From Trueperaceae bacterium (lineage in GTDB: Bacteria; Deinococcota; Deinococci; Deinococcales; Trueperaceae): 64,000 bases of DNA. A model generated the notes under the pieces. It was not told the origin of the DNA, did no database searches, and was given only the letters and a program-made list of their open reading frames with translations. This document shows positions 19,399 through 28,818 of the stretch, piece after piece. The stretch's first letter is position 1; every line of letters starts with the position of its first letter. The stretch is taken from NCBI GenBank assembly GCA_965213705.1, contig OZ243913.1, forward strand, positions 1,760,001 through 1,824,000, given 5' to 3'. The position numbers were made by a program, and so were the translations under genes.

Positions 19399-20108
19399 CC
19401 GTCGACCGCGACTTACTTTTGGATTACGTCATGGGCAGCCTTACCCTGGAGCAAGAGTCCGAGGTGGCCGCTTACCTGAACCGAAACCCCGCAGAGGCTG
19501 CTTGGGTACGCGACATGTTCGAGACGTTGGCAGCGGTGGCGTTGGCCCAGGACCCGGCCGAGGTTGCCGCCGGTGCGGAGGACGCGCTGTTGGCGCGCAT
19601 TCGCGCCCGTCCTGAGTCGTCCGACGCCGCGCCCGAGCCCGCGCCGGTCGTGACCTTGCCGCGTGAAGCCGCGCCGCGCCGCTCACGCGGTGGCCCCTGG
19701 CTCGCCCTAGCTTTGGCCGCAGCCCTCGCCGTCGTTGCCTGGGTCGGTTTGCGGCCCGCGCTCGAGCGGTATCAGGTCGCGCAGCGTCTGGACCAGCTTT
19801 GCAGCGAAGCGGGTGTAAGGTGTGAAACGCTCGCAACCGACAGCAACCAGCCGCTCGGTACCTTGGCGCTCAAAGCCGACAACACGCTCTACGTCGTATT
19901 CGACCGCGACCCGCCCGCCGGGCAGGTCTACCAAGCCTGGGAAATCGTCGGCGGTACGCCTCAGTCTCTCGGCGTGTGGGACGGGCGCGCCCTGGCTATC
20001 GAACAGGCCGTGAGTACGGACAGCACTTTCGGGGTGTCTGTGGAGCCGCCCGGCGGCAGCCCGCAGCCGACCAGCACGCCCATCGTGGTGTTGCCCCTGG
20101 CCGGCTGA
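19395..20108 (+). CDS. Anti-sigma factor, RskA family
   Basis: Coupled to the sigma gene (ATGA overlap); one TM; YQAWEI, FGVSVEPPGGSPQPTS. Confidence 0.9.
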   Translation: MTVDRDLLLDYVMGSLTLEQESEVAAYLNRNPAEAAWVRDMFETLAAVALAQDPAEVAAGAEDALLARIRARPESSDAAPEPAPVVTLPREAAPRRSRGGPWLALALAAALAVVAWVGLRPALERYQVAQRLDQLCSEAGVRCETLATDSNQPLGTLALKADNTLYVVFDRDPPAGQVYQAWEIVGGTPQSLGVWDGRALAIEQAVSTDSTFGVSVEPPGGSPQPTSTPIVVLPLAG

Positions 20109-20354
20109 GGACACCCCCGAGTTTTCCGGCAAGTCTTCCAGCAAGTCTCCTAGCGGGCGCTCGAGCGAGAACCCGTCTGCTTTAGCGCCCGGAGCACAAT
20201 TTCAGCCCGGAGATTTTGCTAGCCTCAAAATACTGCGCTGCGAGAAACATCCAGTTCAGTTGTAGACGTGTAAGTACGGTTTGAAAAGGCGGAAAACGAA
20301 TCCGGTTCGTTCCGCCCCGACTGCAACAAAATTTGCGAATCGAAAGGAAAAAAC

Positions 20355-21746
20355 ATGAAAAAAGGGTTACTGATTTTAAGCCTGATGCTTATGCCCGTCG
20401 TGGCATACGCACAAGACACCGGCGGCGAGACCGGTGGCGCCATGATGGGCGACATGATGGTGACGGACGGCACCTACGAGGTTCAGTTGTCCGGCAGCCA
20501 AGAAGTGCCCCCGGTGATGACCGACGCGACCGGTTCGGCAACCTTTACCCTGACGGGCGACGCTTTGAGCGTCACAGGTGACTTTGAAAACCTCAGCAGC
20601 ATGGCTATCGAAGTTGCGGGCACACCCGCTCACATCCACATGGCCCCGATGGGTGAAAACGGCCCCGTCGTCATCCCCTTGAACGTGACCCTGGCCGAAG
20701 ACGCCATGAGCGGCATCTTTAGTGTCGACGCCACGCTCACGCCCGAGCAAACCGACGCCGTCATGGCGGGCAACTTCTACATCAACGTCCACAGCGAAAT
20801 GCACCAGGGCGGCGAGCTGCGCGGTCAACTCGTCTCGAGCATGATGGGCATGGACCAGATGGGCATGAACCAGGGCATGGGTATGGCCTTCGCCGACCTA
20901 GACACCGACATGAGCGGCTCGCTGAGCGAAGACGAGTTCAACGTCGGCATGGAGTCGGGCGGTATGATGGGCGCGTTCACCGACTTCGACACCGACATGA
21001 GCGGCGACATTAGCGAAGACGAGTTCAACAGCATGTCCGGCATGATGGACATGGACGGCGGCATGATGGGTTCCGGCCTGACGGTGGTCGACCCGGACGG
21101 CAACATGGCACCTATGGTTTTCAGCGACCTCGACACCGACATGAGCGGCACCGTCGACGAGAACGAGTTCAACGCCGGTATGGAGATGTCGGGCGGCAGC
21201 ATGATGGGCACACTGGCCGACTTTGACACCGACATGAGCGGTGACTTAAGCGAAGACGAGTTCAACGCGATGAACACCGGCATGATGGACACTGGCATGA
21301 CGGACATGGGCATGATGGGCGAAACCGGCGGCGCGATGATGGACGGCATGATGGGCATGACCTTTGCCGACCTCGACACCAACGCTGACGGCGGCATCGA
21401 CCAGATGGAGTTCGACACTGCGATGGGCATGATGGACGGCATGAGCTTTGCCGACCTCGATACCGACGGCAGTGGCATTATCGACGAAATGGAATTCGAC
21501 GCCGCGATGGGCATGATGAACGACAACATGTCGGGCGACGCCCTGACGGTCGTCGGCCCTGACGGTATGCCCCTTATGACTTTTGCGGACTTTGACACCG
21601 ACATGAGCGGCACTATCGACGAGGACGAGTTCAACGCCGGTATGGAGATGTCGGGCGGCACCATGACCGGCACCTTCAGCGACTTTGACACCGACATGAG
21701 CGGCGACTTAAGCGAAGACGAATACAACGCGATGAGCCAACCGTAA
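20355..21746 (+). CDS. Secreted CHRD-domain protein with eight EF-hand loops, Met/Asp-rich
   Basis: Signal peptide; LSGSQEVPPV...AHIH...FYINVHS...GELRGQ (CHRD); 8 DxDxSG/DxNxDG...E loops. Confidence 0.88.
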   Translation: MKKGLLILSLMLMPVVAYAQDTGGETGGAMMGDMMVTDGTYEVQLSGSQEVPPVMTDATGSATFTLTGDALSVTGDFENLSSMAIEVAGTPAHIHMAPMGENGPVVIPLNVTLAEDAMSGIFSVDATLTPEQTDAVMAGNFYINVHSEMHQGGELRGQLVSSMMGMDQMGMNQGMGMAFADLDTDMSGSLSEDEFNVGMESGGMMGAFTDFDTDMSGDISEDEFNSMSGMMDMDGGMMGSGLTVVDPDGNMAPMVFSDLDTDMSGTVDENEFNAGMEMSGGSMMGTLADFDTDMSGDLSEDEFNAMNTGMMDTGMTDMGMMGETGGAMMDGMMGMTFADLDTNADGGIDQMEFDTAMGMMDGMSFADLDTDGSGIIDEMEFDAAMGMMNDNMSGDALTVVGPDGMPLMTFADFDTDMSGTIDEDEFNAGMEMSGGTMTGTFSDFDTDMSGDLSEDEYNAMSQP

Positions 21747-21763
21747 AACACGGTTAGGCAGGC

Positions 21764-21801
21764 AAAAGCGGGACTCGGCACGTGCCGAGTCCCGCTTTTT
21801 T
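21764..21801. terminator. Bidirectional rho-independent terminator
   Basis: AAAAGCGGGACTCGGCACGTGCCGAGTCCCGCTTTTTT. Confidence 0.85.
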
Positions 21802-21914
21802 GTCTTGTTTTTGCCAAAGGGTTCTGCACAGGTTGTATAAGTTTGACTCGCACAAGCTCGAACCTGTCCCCAATAAAAAGGTCTCACGGGATTGTAATTG
21901 AGTCTCGGTACAAC

Positions 21915-22056
21915 CCAAAACCCAGACGAAACTCAATTCGTACCGTTGTGGACGAGCGTACTGAAAAAAGTTTTGAGGCGTCGGGTTGGGCGCGTAGGAA
22001 CTGGGCTTCTCAGGTTCTGGGAAAAGGACTATTACAGAGTTTCGTCCGGGTTTCAG
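21915..22056. mobile_element. 142-bp MITE related to the adjacent IS
   Basis: TIRs CCAAAACCCAGACGAAACTC / GAGTTTCGTCCGGGTTTCAG (17/20), similar to the IS ends. Confidence 0.75.
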
Positions 22057-22062
22057 TGCAAG

Positions 22063-23422
22063 CTGAGATCCGGACGAAATTCATCTTTGTGGAAAAAGAC
22101 GATGTGCAAGGGATAATAAGGCATCGTCACCGCCGACGAGAGGTGCGTACTGAGTGACTACAAGAAAAGAAGCGAGGTGCTCAAGCGCGGTTGAGAAGGT
22201 TCGGGGTCCGGGTCTACCCTTGGTATGGGTTTGACCCAACCGGGTAAGAAAGTCGAGCGCTTCATCCTCCTCGGCTACACCCAGGTCGTGCAAGAACGCC
22301 GCGGCTATCCAGGCGAAAGCTACAAGCGTCTTCAAAGCTTCAAACGACATGAGTTGCACAGTTTCCCAACCAAGACTCGACTTCGACCAGGCGAACAGGT
22401 CTTCTATCGCCCAGCGCTGCCGGTAGGTTTTCAAGAGACGTTCGAGCAGTTGCTGCTCTTCACCCTCGCGCAGCGTGAGGTTGGTGATGAGCACCCAACC
22501 TTTAGTTTTAAGCTTGGAGCGGACTTGCGCCACACATACCTCAAGCCCGAGCGCGTCTGCAAGCTCAACTTGAACCGCCGCTATAGCAACCGGCACAGGC
22601 TCGTGTTTGTGGCGTTTAGCGCTCGGGTCGAGCAAGCGTTTTTCGAGACTGGCGTTCGCCAGTAAAGGTGCAGACCCTAGCACCTTTGTAAGGTTGCTGG
22701 GGCGGTTGTTGAGCAGACACTTACGTTTCATGTGCTGCACGCGGGTCACGAAGCAGTCCCCCTTTTGGTGAATGTGCCGCATCAGCTTGAGGTTGTCGCC
22801 GGCCCTGTCGACAACCCACAGCAACCTACCTACCCCTTGAGCACGGAGCGCAGCCGTAACAGCGTCGATGGCTTGGCAATACGCTACGTTTGCGCTTTTG
22901 AAGCCCGGTTCCAGGGTAGAAAAGCTGTGGTGATAGACAATCGCCCTGACGCCACTCTCGCCGATAGCCAGCACGTTCAAGGTGTGAAAGCCTGAGACGG
23001 GTTCGCCTTCCAAACTTCTGACCGTGTCCAGGTGTTCCAAACAGCTTGCAAACGGTTTACGCAGGTCGCTTTCGTCCATAATCAGTAGCACCTCGTGTTC
23101 ACCCTGCAGGCGTTTAGCACCTTCTTTTGTCAACTGAGTCGTAAGACGGTCTGCACTCAGGTCAGCCCGGTCATTCTGGTTATGCACCAGGCGACGGACG
23201 CGCCTTTCGGCGTGCAAGCTCGTTCCCAAGCTGCTACTGCTTTTGGCAATTCGGCTAACCCTCAAATCCCCGCTGCCGATAATGCCCTGCAACGTACCCA
23301 CAAAACCATCGAATAACCTTCTGTCCTTGAACAAGTCTTTGTAACCAGCAGCGAACGTTTCCAGTTTGGATAGCTTTGTTTGCATAATGCTCTGGTTATA
23401 CAGACTTTTGTCCGGTCAACAG
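22063..23422 (-). mobile_element. IS4-family insertion sequence
   Basis: Imperfect TIRs CTGAGATCCGGACGAAATTC / CTGTTGACCGGACAAAAGTC (14/20); flanks TGCAAG / TGCAAC. Confidence 0.8.
22081..23385 (-). CDS. DDE transposase, IS4-like
   Basis: IMDESD, VVDRAGD, YRQRWAIEDLFAWSK (YREK-type). Confidence 0.9.
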   Translation of the reverse strand: MQTKLSKLETFAAGYKDLFKDRRLFDGFVGTLQGIIGSGDLRVSRIAKSSSSLGTSLHAERRVRRLVHNQNDRADLSADRLTTQLTKEGAKRLQGEHEVLLIMDESDLRKPFASCLEHLDTVRSLEGEPVSGFHTLNVLAIGESGVRAIVYHHSFSTLEPGFKSANVAYCQAIDAVTAALRAQGVGRLLWVVDRAGDNLKLMRHIHQKGDCFVTRVQHMKRKCLLNNRPSNLTKVLGSAPLLANASLEKRLLDPSAKRHKHEPVPVAIAAVQVELADALGLEVCVAQVRSKLKTKGWVLITNLTLREGEEQQLLERLLKTYRQRWAIEDLFAWSKSSLGWETVQLMSFEALKTLVAFAWIAAAFLHDLGVAEEDEALDFLTRLGQTHTKGRPGPRTFSTALEHLASFLVVTQYAPLVGGDDALLSLAHRLFPQR

Positions 23423-23506
23423 TGCAACCTCTTGACGAATGCTGCATACCGGGCTACACTATCTTTTATCAGCGCTCACGAGGCGCTTCTTTTTTTGCCT
23501 ATTTTT

Positions 23507-24259
23507 CTAAAACGTGTAGCGTCCACCCTCTTCTGCCTTCGTGGTGTTGGCGAAAAGTTCTCGAGCCTTTTCTACCGCAGCGGCGGTCAGCCTGTCTTCG
23601 GGGGGTAGGTGAACGAGCAGCAGGCGCTGGGCTCGAGCTTGGGCGGCGGCTCGAGCTGCGTCCGCCGCACCGCTGTGGCCGGGGCCGTCGCCGGTCGCCT
23701 CGTGAACGAAAATAGCTGCGCCGGTGCCGAGCCGGACGATTGCCTCGGTGGGTTCGGTGTCGCAGGAGTAGGCGACGGTGTTGCCGCCTTGCCGGTCTGT
23801 GACGCGCAAGCCGATGACGGGCACCGGGTGAACGCCGGGCGCGGCGGTAACCTCCCAGTGCTCGTCGCTGAAAACCACGGCACCCTCTTCGTGGGCCACT
23901 TCGTTCCAGACGATACCCGGGTAACCCGTCCAGTCGCTCGTGTCGAAGGTGTCGTGCATCCGCCGCGCCTGGGACAGGGCGGCGGCAATCCCGTAGACGG
24001 GCAGCGGGTCGCGGCGGCCGAGCAGCCAGATTTTTTCCATAAACAATGGAAAGCCGCTGACGTGGTCGGCGTGTTCGTGGGTGACGACGAGGGCTGAGAG
24101 CTTGTCCAAGTCCGCCCCGGAAGCCATGAGTCGCTGCACCGCGTCGCCGCCGCAGTCTATGACGATAAGCGAGCGTTCGTTCTCGAGCGCCAACATCGTG
24201 GTGGTGCGGTGCGGGTCGCTCACCGCCGCGCCGGTGCCGAGGGTGTACAAAACGGCCAT
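23507..24259 (-). CDS. MBL-fold metallohydrolase (RNase Z-like)
   Basis: LGTG, IDCG, THEHADH, SCDTEP, HEAT, LLLVH. Confidence 0.88.
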   Translation of the reverse strand: MAVLYTLGTGAAVSDPHRTTTMLALENERSLIVIDCGGDAVQRLMASGADLDKLSALVVTHEHADHVSGFPLFMEKIWLLGRRDPLPVYGIAAALSQARRMHDTFDTSDWTGYPGIVWNEVAHEEGAVVFSDEHWEVTAAPGVHPVPVIGLRVTDRQGGNTVAYSCDTEPTEAIVRLGTGAAIFVHEATGDGPGHSGAADAARAAAQARAQRLLLVHLPPEDRLTAAAVEKARELFANTTKAEEGGRYTF

Positions 24260-24308
24260 GTTCAAGACCTCCTGTAGCTATCTTAAGGCTCGAGCCTTGT
24301 TTTGTCCG

Positions 24309-24378
24309 CAACCAAGTTTGGACAGCCAAGTTTGGACAGCCAAGTTTGGGCGGACAAGTTTAGGCAGCCAAGTTTCGT
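24309..24378. repeat. Tandem repeat, 5 x 14 bp, consensus CAGCCAAGTTTGGA
   Basis: Five contiguous imperfect units, intergenic. Confidence 0.85.
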
Positions 24379-24415
24379 CGGATGTGGGGGCGGTTAGTCC
24401 GAAACGGCCTTGGCG

Positions 24416-25192
24416 CTACGTTCGTTTTCCGTAGCGGTTCAGGGCCAGTTCGAGCCCTTCGGGGGTGCCGACGTCGAGAAACGTTCCCGTCTCGAACACC
24501 TGGGTTTGCAGCTCGAGCCCCGCCGCCAGCGCCGCCAGAAAGACGGGCGCGAGTTGCGCTTCCGGTACGTCGCCCGTGAGAGCGAGGTTTTCGAGATGAG
24601 CGTGCAAGAACTCCGTGAAGCGCGGCGACCACAGCGCCAAACCCCAACTCAGGGTGAGACGGGTCTCGAGCGGCTTGACGACGATGTCGTGCACGCGGCC
24701 GTTCGCGTCTACCGCAACCATGTCGGAGCGTTCGGGCGCGCTGGCGGGAAACAGGCCGAGCACGACGTCGGCTCCGGTCGCGGTAAGCCGGTCGCGCAAG
24801 CGCCGAAACACGTCCGGGGGTTCGTAGACGATGTCCGGGAATCCGAGGGCTATGTGCGCGTCTTTGACAAACCCGTAGGCCGAGTCGAGGCTGTAGGGTA
24901 CGCCGTGGGGCAACTTGGCGAGCGTGTAAGCAATGTCGAGGTCGAAGTCGCCGCCGTCCCGGTAGTACGCCGGAATGTCCCACTTGCCCGGCCGCAGCAC
25001 CATCACGACCTTGTGGATGCCGGCGTTGCGGAAGGTCTCGAGCAGGTAGTGGCTCACCACTTTGGCCTGGAGCGTGCCGTCCGGCAGCGCGCGAAAGCCG
25101 AGCGGCAACAACTCTTTGCTGCCCGGTAAACGCCCCAACCGCGTCGCCCGCCCCGCCATCGGGACGAGGCCGATGATGTCGGTTATTGCCAT
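24416..25192 (-). CDS. Sugar-phosphate nucleotidyltransferase (RmlA-like)
   Basis: PMAGRATRL...SKELLP, GFPD, DVGTPE. Confidence 0.85.
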   Translation of the reverse strand: MAITDIIGLVPMAGRATRLGRLPGSKELLPLGFRALPDGTLQAKVVSHYLLETFRNAGIHKVVMVLRPGKWDIPAYYRDGGDFDLDIAYTLAKLPHGVPYSLDSAYGFVKDAHIALGFPDIVYEPPDVFRRLRDRLTATGADVVLGLFPASAPERSDMVAVDANGRVHDIVVKPLETRLTLSWGLALWSPRFTEFLHAHLENLALTGDVPEAQLAPVFLAALAAGLELQTQVFETGTFLDVGTPEGLELALNRYGKRT

Positions 25193-25259
25193 ACCTCATT
25201 CTACGCAGTACCGACCAAAAAGGCCGAGCGCGAACTCGGCCTTTTCAAAACTCTTGTGC

Positions 25260-26069
25260 CTACTCGTTCTCGGCCGCCGTGGTGCCCGTAAACGAGGGTG
25301 CGTCACTGGCGGGAAAACTCTCTAAACTGGCTTCGGTGACCTCGTTGGGTTGGTCCTCCAGCGACGTTTTCAAACGGTTCAGGTCGTCGCGGATTTGCAC
25401 ACTCGGGGCTTCGCCGAACAACCGCGCCACGGCCGCGCCGAGCCGTCCTGCGGGCGGGTTGTAGGTGAGTTTGACCTCGACCTCGGTGCCGCCCGCCACT
25501 TCTTTGAAGCGCACCGCGCCCGCGTTGGCAACCGTCGAGTGCGGCAAGGAGCGCCAACTGATGAGTTCGCCGCGCTTGTCGCCGACAATCTCGGCGTCCC
25601 AGGTCACGTCCAGACCTGCCGGACCCTTGGCCCGCCAGTGCGAAGTGCCGTTGGGCAGCGTCTTGACCGACTCCAGGTGACTCATGAACTGCGGCAGGTT
25701 TTCAAAGTGTCGCCAGAAGTCGTAGAGGTCTTCGGGGCTGCGGTTAATCGTCACGCTTTCCTCAACGTGGACACCCTGATGCTGCGAAACCGCGTAGGGC
25801 CGCCGCGTGGGGCGCGAGCCGGTGTCGATACCGAGCGCGTTGTAGAGTTCGCAGTGACCGCTCACGCCCCGGTAAACGAGGTAACCACCGAGCGCGCCCA
25901 GCAGCACGCTCGATGCGGAGCGTTGCCGCAGAGCCGACACGAGCAGCGCGCCCCCCGCCGCCGACGACAGCAAGCGCTCGGCCCCACCAACGTTACTGTC
26001 CATGACCGCCGGATTGGGGTCGTTCTCCCTAGCCCACTGGCGAAAAGCTCTGTCCGGTTCTTGCATCAT
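25260..26069 (-). CDS. SRPBCC (cyclase/dehydrase) protein with N-terminal DUF2892-like segment
   Basis: NVGGAER...RGVSGHCELY; WRHFENLPQFM, ISWRS, YNPPAG; tail EASLESFPASD. Confidence 0.85.
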   Translation of the reverse strand: MMQEPDRAFRQWARENDPNPAVMDSNVGGAERLLSSAAGGALLVSALRQRSASSVLLGALGGYLVYRGVSGHCELYNALGIDTGSRPTRRPYAVSQHQGVHVEESVTINRSPEDLYDFWRHFENLPQFMSHLESVKTLPNGTSHWRAKGPAGLDVTWDAEIVGDKRGELISWRSLPHSTVANAGAVRFKEVAGGTEVEVKLTYNPPAGRLGAAVARLFGEAPSVQIRDDLNRLKTSLEDQPNEVTEASLESFPASDAPSFTGTTAAENE

Positions 26070-26219
26070 TGGTTTGCCCCGTTCCGCTCAGCGCTTTGAG
26101 GCCGAGCCCTTTGAGTCGAGCATAGATTAAGGCCGGTGGATAAGTTTGTTCTATGTGGCACGAAGTGAAAGTTGTGTTGCATTTTGAACAGCGTAACAGT
26201 ACAGACGGCTAAATACACT

Positions 26220-26522
26220 TCATAACCCGCTGTTTAAGAAGTGAGAAAATCTTTGCCAAAAAGTAGGGTCATACATACTCGCTTTATTCTCAAAATCCAA
26301 CTCTGTGCCGACTTGTTCTATCTTTTTGACCAAGCTGTGACTCAATGTCAGTTTTTCCTCCAGCAGGTACAGACCAAAAAGCTCGTAAGCTATTTCTAAC
26401 TCCGCGTGATTGATGTAATGCTGGACGCTCGAATTTAAATCGGCGGGTAATTCGAGCATTAGGTTGTCAAGTATGATTCCACTTCGGTTTTCTATCTCCT
26501 TATAGTGTTTGGAACTTAACAC
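26220..26522 (-). CDS. Small AT-rich protein, MafI-like immunity protein
   Basis: YINHAELEIAYE motif, about 100 aa, low GC. Confidence 0.55.
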   Translation of the reverse strand: MLSSKHYKEIENRSGIILDNLMLELPADLNSSVQHYINHAELEIAYELFGLYLLEEKLTLSHSLVKKIEQVGTELDFENKASMYDPTFWQRFSHFLNSGL

Positions 26523-26551
26523 GGTTTCCTCTCGAGTCCCAACGACTTGCC

Positions 26552-27310
26552 TCAGCCCCCTAACCGCTTCACCTCCACGGCCGCCCCCACCATCCCCGCC
26601 TCGTTGAGCAAAATAGCGGCCACGACCGGCGTTTTGGTGTCTAAGTAGGGGAAAAACTGGTCGCTCTTTTTGCTCACGCCGCCGCCGATGATGAACAGGT
26701 CGGGGGAGAACAAGAATTCTAAGTGGTTGAGGTACTTGTTGACCCGTTTACCCCACTTTTTCCAGCTCATGTCTTTGTCTTCTCGAGCCTTCGCCGAGGT
26801 GCGCGGCTCGACCTCTTTGCCGCCGAGTTCCATGTGGCCCAGTTCGGTGTTGGGGACGAGCACGCCGTCGTTAAACAGCGCCGTGCCGATGCCGGTGCCG
26901 AAGGTCAGCATGAACACGACGCCCTCTTGGTCCTTGCCCGCGCCGAAGGCCATCTCGGCCACGCCCGCCGCGTCCGCGTCGTTGAGGACGTGGACTTTTT
27001 GGCCGGTCACTTTCTCGAACAGCGCGTCGGCGTCGGTGCCTATCCAACTCTTGTCGACGTTGGCAGCGCTGTAGACCACGCCGCGCCGCACCACCGCCGG
27101 AAAGGTGCAGCCGACGTCGCCCGTGTAGTCGAAGTGCCCGACGATTTCTTTGACGGTTTCGGCGACGGCCTGCGGGGTGGCGGGTTGTGGCGTCGGGATG
27201 CGGTGGCGGTCGGTGGTTAGCTCACCCTTTTCGGGATTCACGAGCGCACCTTTGATGCCCGAGCCGCCGATGTCGATGCCGAGAAGAACAGAAGGTTTTT
27301 TGCGTGCCAT
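26552..27310 (-). CDS. ppgK: Polyphosphate glucokinase
   Basis: [39 protein letters not shown]. Confidence 0.92.
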   Translation of the reverse strand: MARKKPSVLLGIDIGGSGIKGALVNPEKGELTTDRHRIPTPQPATPQAVAETVKEIVGHFDYTGDVGCTFPAVVRRGVVYSAANVDKSWIGTDADALFEKVTGQKVHVLNDADAAGVAEMAFGAGKDQEGVVFMLTFGTGIGTALFNDGVLVPNTELGHMELGGKEVEPRTSAKAREDKDMSWKKWGKRVNKYLNHLEFLFSPDLFIIGGGVSKKSDQFFPYLDTKTPVVAAILLNEAGMVGAAVEVKRLGG

Positions 27311-27456
27311 GAGTTGAAGTGTAGCAGATTGACCGCTTTGGCCCGAGGTCGTGTCAAAAAGCGTGCTTTGTCTTGCAAGGTGTTGCGCCGGTCACGCAAA
27401 CACGCCCCGATAAGGGCACGCAGTTTTTCCAAGCCGGCAAGCAGGGGAGGGCGGTG

Positions 27457-27729
27457 TCAGCTCCGCGCGTTGTCCTGGAGCATGGCCGACAGGGTTTGCT
27501 CCTTTTGCTCTTTGGGGTGAACCTGCAGCTCGAGCCCCAACGCGTCCAAAACATCGAGAAGCAAACCCGGTACTTCTCCTTCCAACCCGGACTGAAGGCG
27601 GTCGATTTGCGTTTGGTCGACGCCCAAGTCTTGGGCCAGCTCGCGAGCGGTCTTGTTTTGCGAGGCGAGCGCGGACTTAATGGCGTTTCTCACGGCTTCG
27701 TTGGTCGCGTTCCCAGCTGCGTTTTTCAT
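27457..27729 (-). CDS. XRE-type HTH regulator
   Basis: TARELAQDLGVDQTQIDRL...LDALGLEL. Confidence 0.75.
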   Translation of the reverse strand: MKNAAGNATNEAVRNAIKSALASQNKTARELAQDLGVDQTQIDRLQSGLEGEVPGLLLDVLDALGLELQVHPKEQKEQTLSAMLQDNARS

Positions 27730-27921
27730 TGGACCATCATAAGCCGTCCGCACAGCAGAGCGTGGCGAAGCAAGGGTCGTATCGCGGTACAGGGTGTGGT
27801 GAAGTGTGGGACTCAGGCCAACCTTCAGCGCCGCCCTGAGGTTTAGACTATGTTTCGAGTTGGGTATGGCAGCAAGTTCGGTATCTCCACTACTTCATCT
27901 TCACCACTTCGAGAGGACGAC

Positions 27922-28293
27922 GTGAGCGCCAAAAACGTACTTGGGAACGACCTAGAACCCTGTTCTAACAACCCCGTGACGGGCTTTTACCGCACCGGCA
28001 GCTGCGAGACGGGGCCGGAAGACCGCGGCGTCCACGTTGTTTGTGCCCGCGTGACGAAAGAGTTTTTGCAGTTCAGCCTCGCGCAGGGCAACGACCTCGT
28101 CACCCCGCGCCCCGAGTTCGGCTTTCCGGGTCTCGAGCCCGGCGACCGCTGGTGTCTTTGCGCCGAGCGTTGGCGCGAGGCGTTGAGCGCAGGCGTCGCG
28201 CCGCCCGTCGCGCTCGCCGCCACCCACGCTGCGGCGCTGCGGGTGGTTTCGCTCGAGGACCTACAAGCTCACGCAGCGCCCGACGAAAGCTAG
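27922..28293 (+). CDS. DUF2237 family protein
   Basis: NVLG..L..CS..P.TGFYR.G.C, GNDLVTPRP, PGDRWCLCA.RW. Confidence 0.9.
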   Translation: MSAKNVLGNDLEPCSNNPVTGFYRTGSCETGPEDRGVHVVCARVTKEFLQFSLAQGNDLVTPRPEFGFPGLEPGDRWCLCAERWREALSAGVAPPVALAATHAAALRVVSLEDLQAHAAPDES

Positions 28294-28445
28294 CCTTCGC
28301 TCGAGGTTTGCACTTCTCCGGCCCAGCACGGTATCGGCACTACTTCGACGTTTTCCGGTCTTGGCCTCGTCAAAGCTTGTGTGCTACACTGGCAAGGTTG
28401 ACTTTACGGGCTCCGCACAGGTGCTCACCCAGAGGTGATTGAAAA

Positions 28446-28673
28446 ATGGCGAAAGTATGTTCTATCTGCGGCAAAGGCCCCATCGTCCGCAACCAACTCG
28501 TGCAGTCGGGCAAAGCTAAAAGCAAGGGCGGCGTCGGTCGCAAGACGACCGGCATCACCAAGACCTGGAAGTACCCGAACCTTCAAAAAGTCAAGGTGTG
28601 GCGCGACGGCAACGCCCAGGCGCAGCGCGTCTGCACCTCGTGTATCCGCGAGGGCAAAACGCTCGCGGCTTAA
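28446..28673 (+). CDS. rpmB: 50S ribosomal protein L28
   Basis: [10 protein letters not shown]...[11 protein letters not shown]...PNLQ...VCTSCIR. Confidence 0.95.
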   Translation: MAKVCSICGKGPIVRNQLVQSGKAKSKGGVGRKTTGITKTWKYPNLQKVKVWRDGNAQAQRVCTSCIREGKTLAA

Positions 28674-28818
28674 ACCCTGTACAAATCAAACCCTGTACAA
28701 AAGCTTAAAGACCAAAGCGAGCCGAGGTGAACGCCTCGGCCTTCGCTTTTCAGGGCGGGCTGCGAGCGGCGTGCTAAACTTTTTTTGTGGCCCGTCCATT
28801 TAAAAAAAGGTTTACCGT

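Noticed and set aside
20880..21730. Lanmodulin assignment for the EF-hands
   Set aside because: The loops lack the position-2 proline typical of lanmodulin.
20825..21853. 342-aa antisense ORF
   Set aside because: Shadow of the repetitive Met/Asp-rich gene.
24309..24378. Possible CRISPR array
   Set aside because: Contiguous 14-bp units with no spacers.
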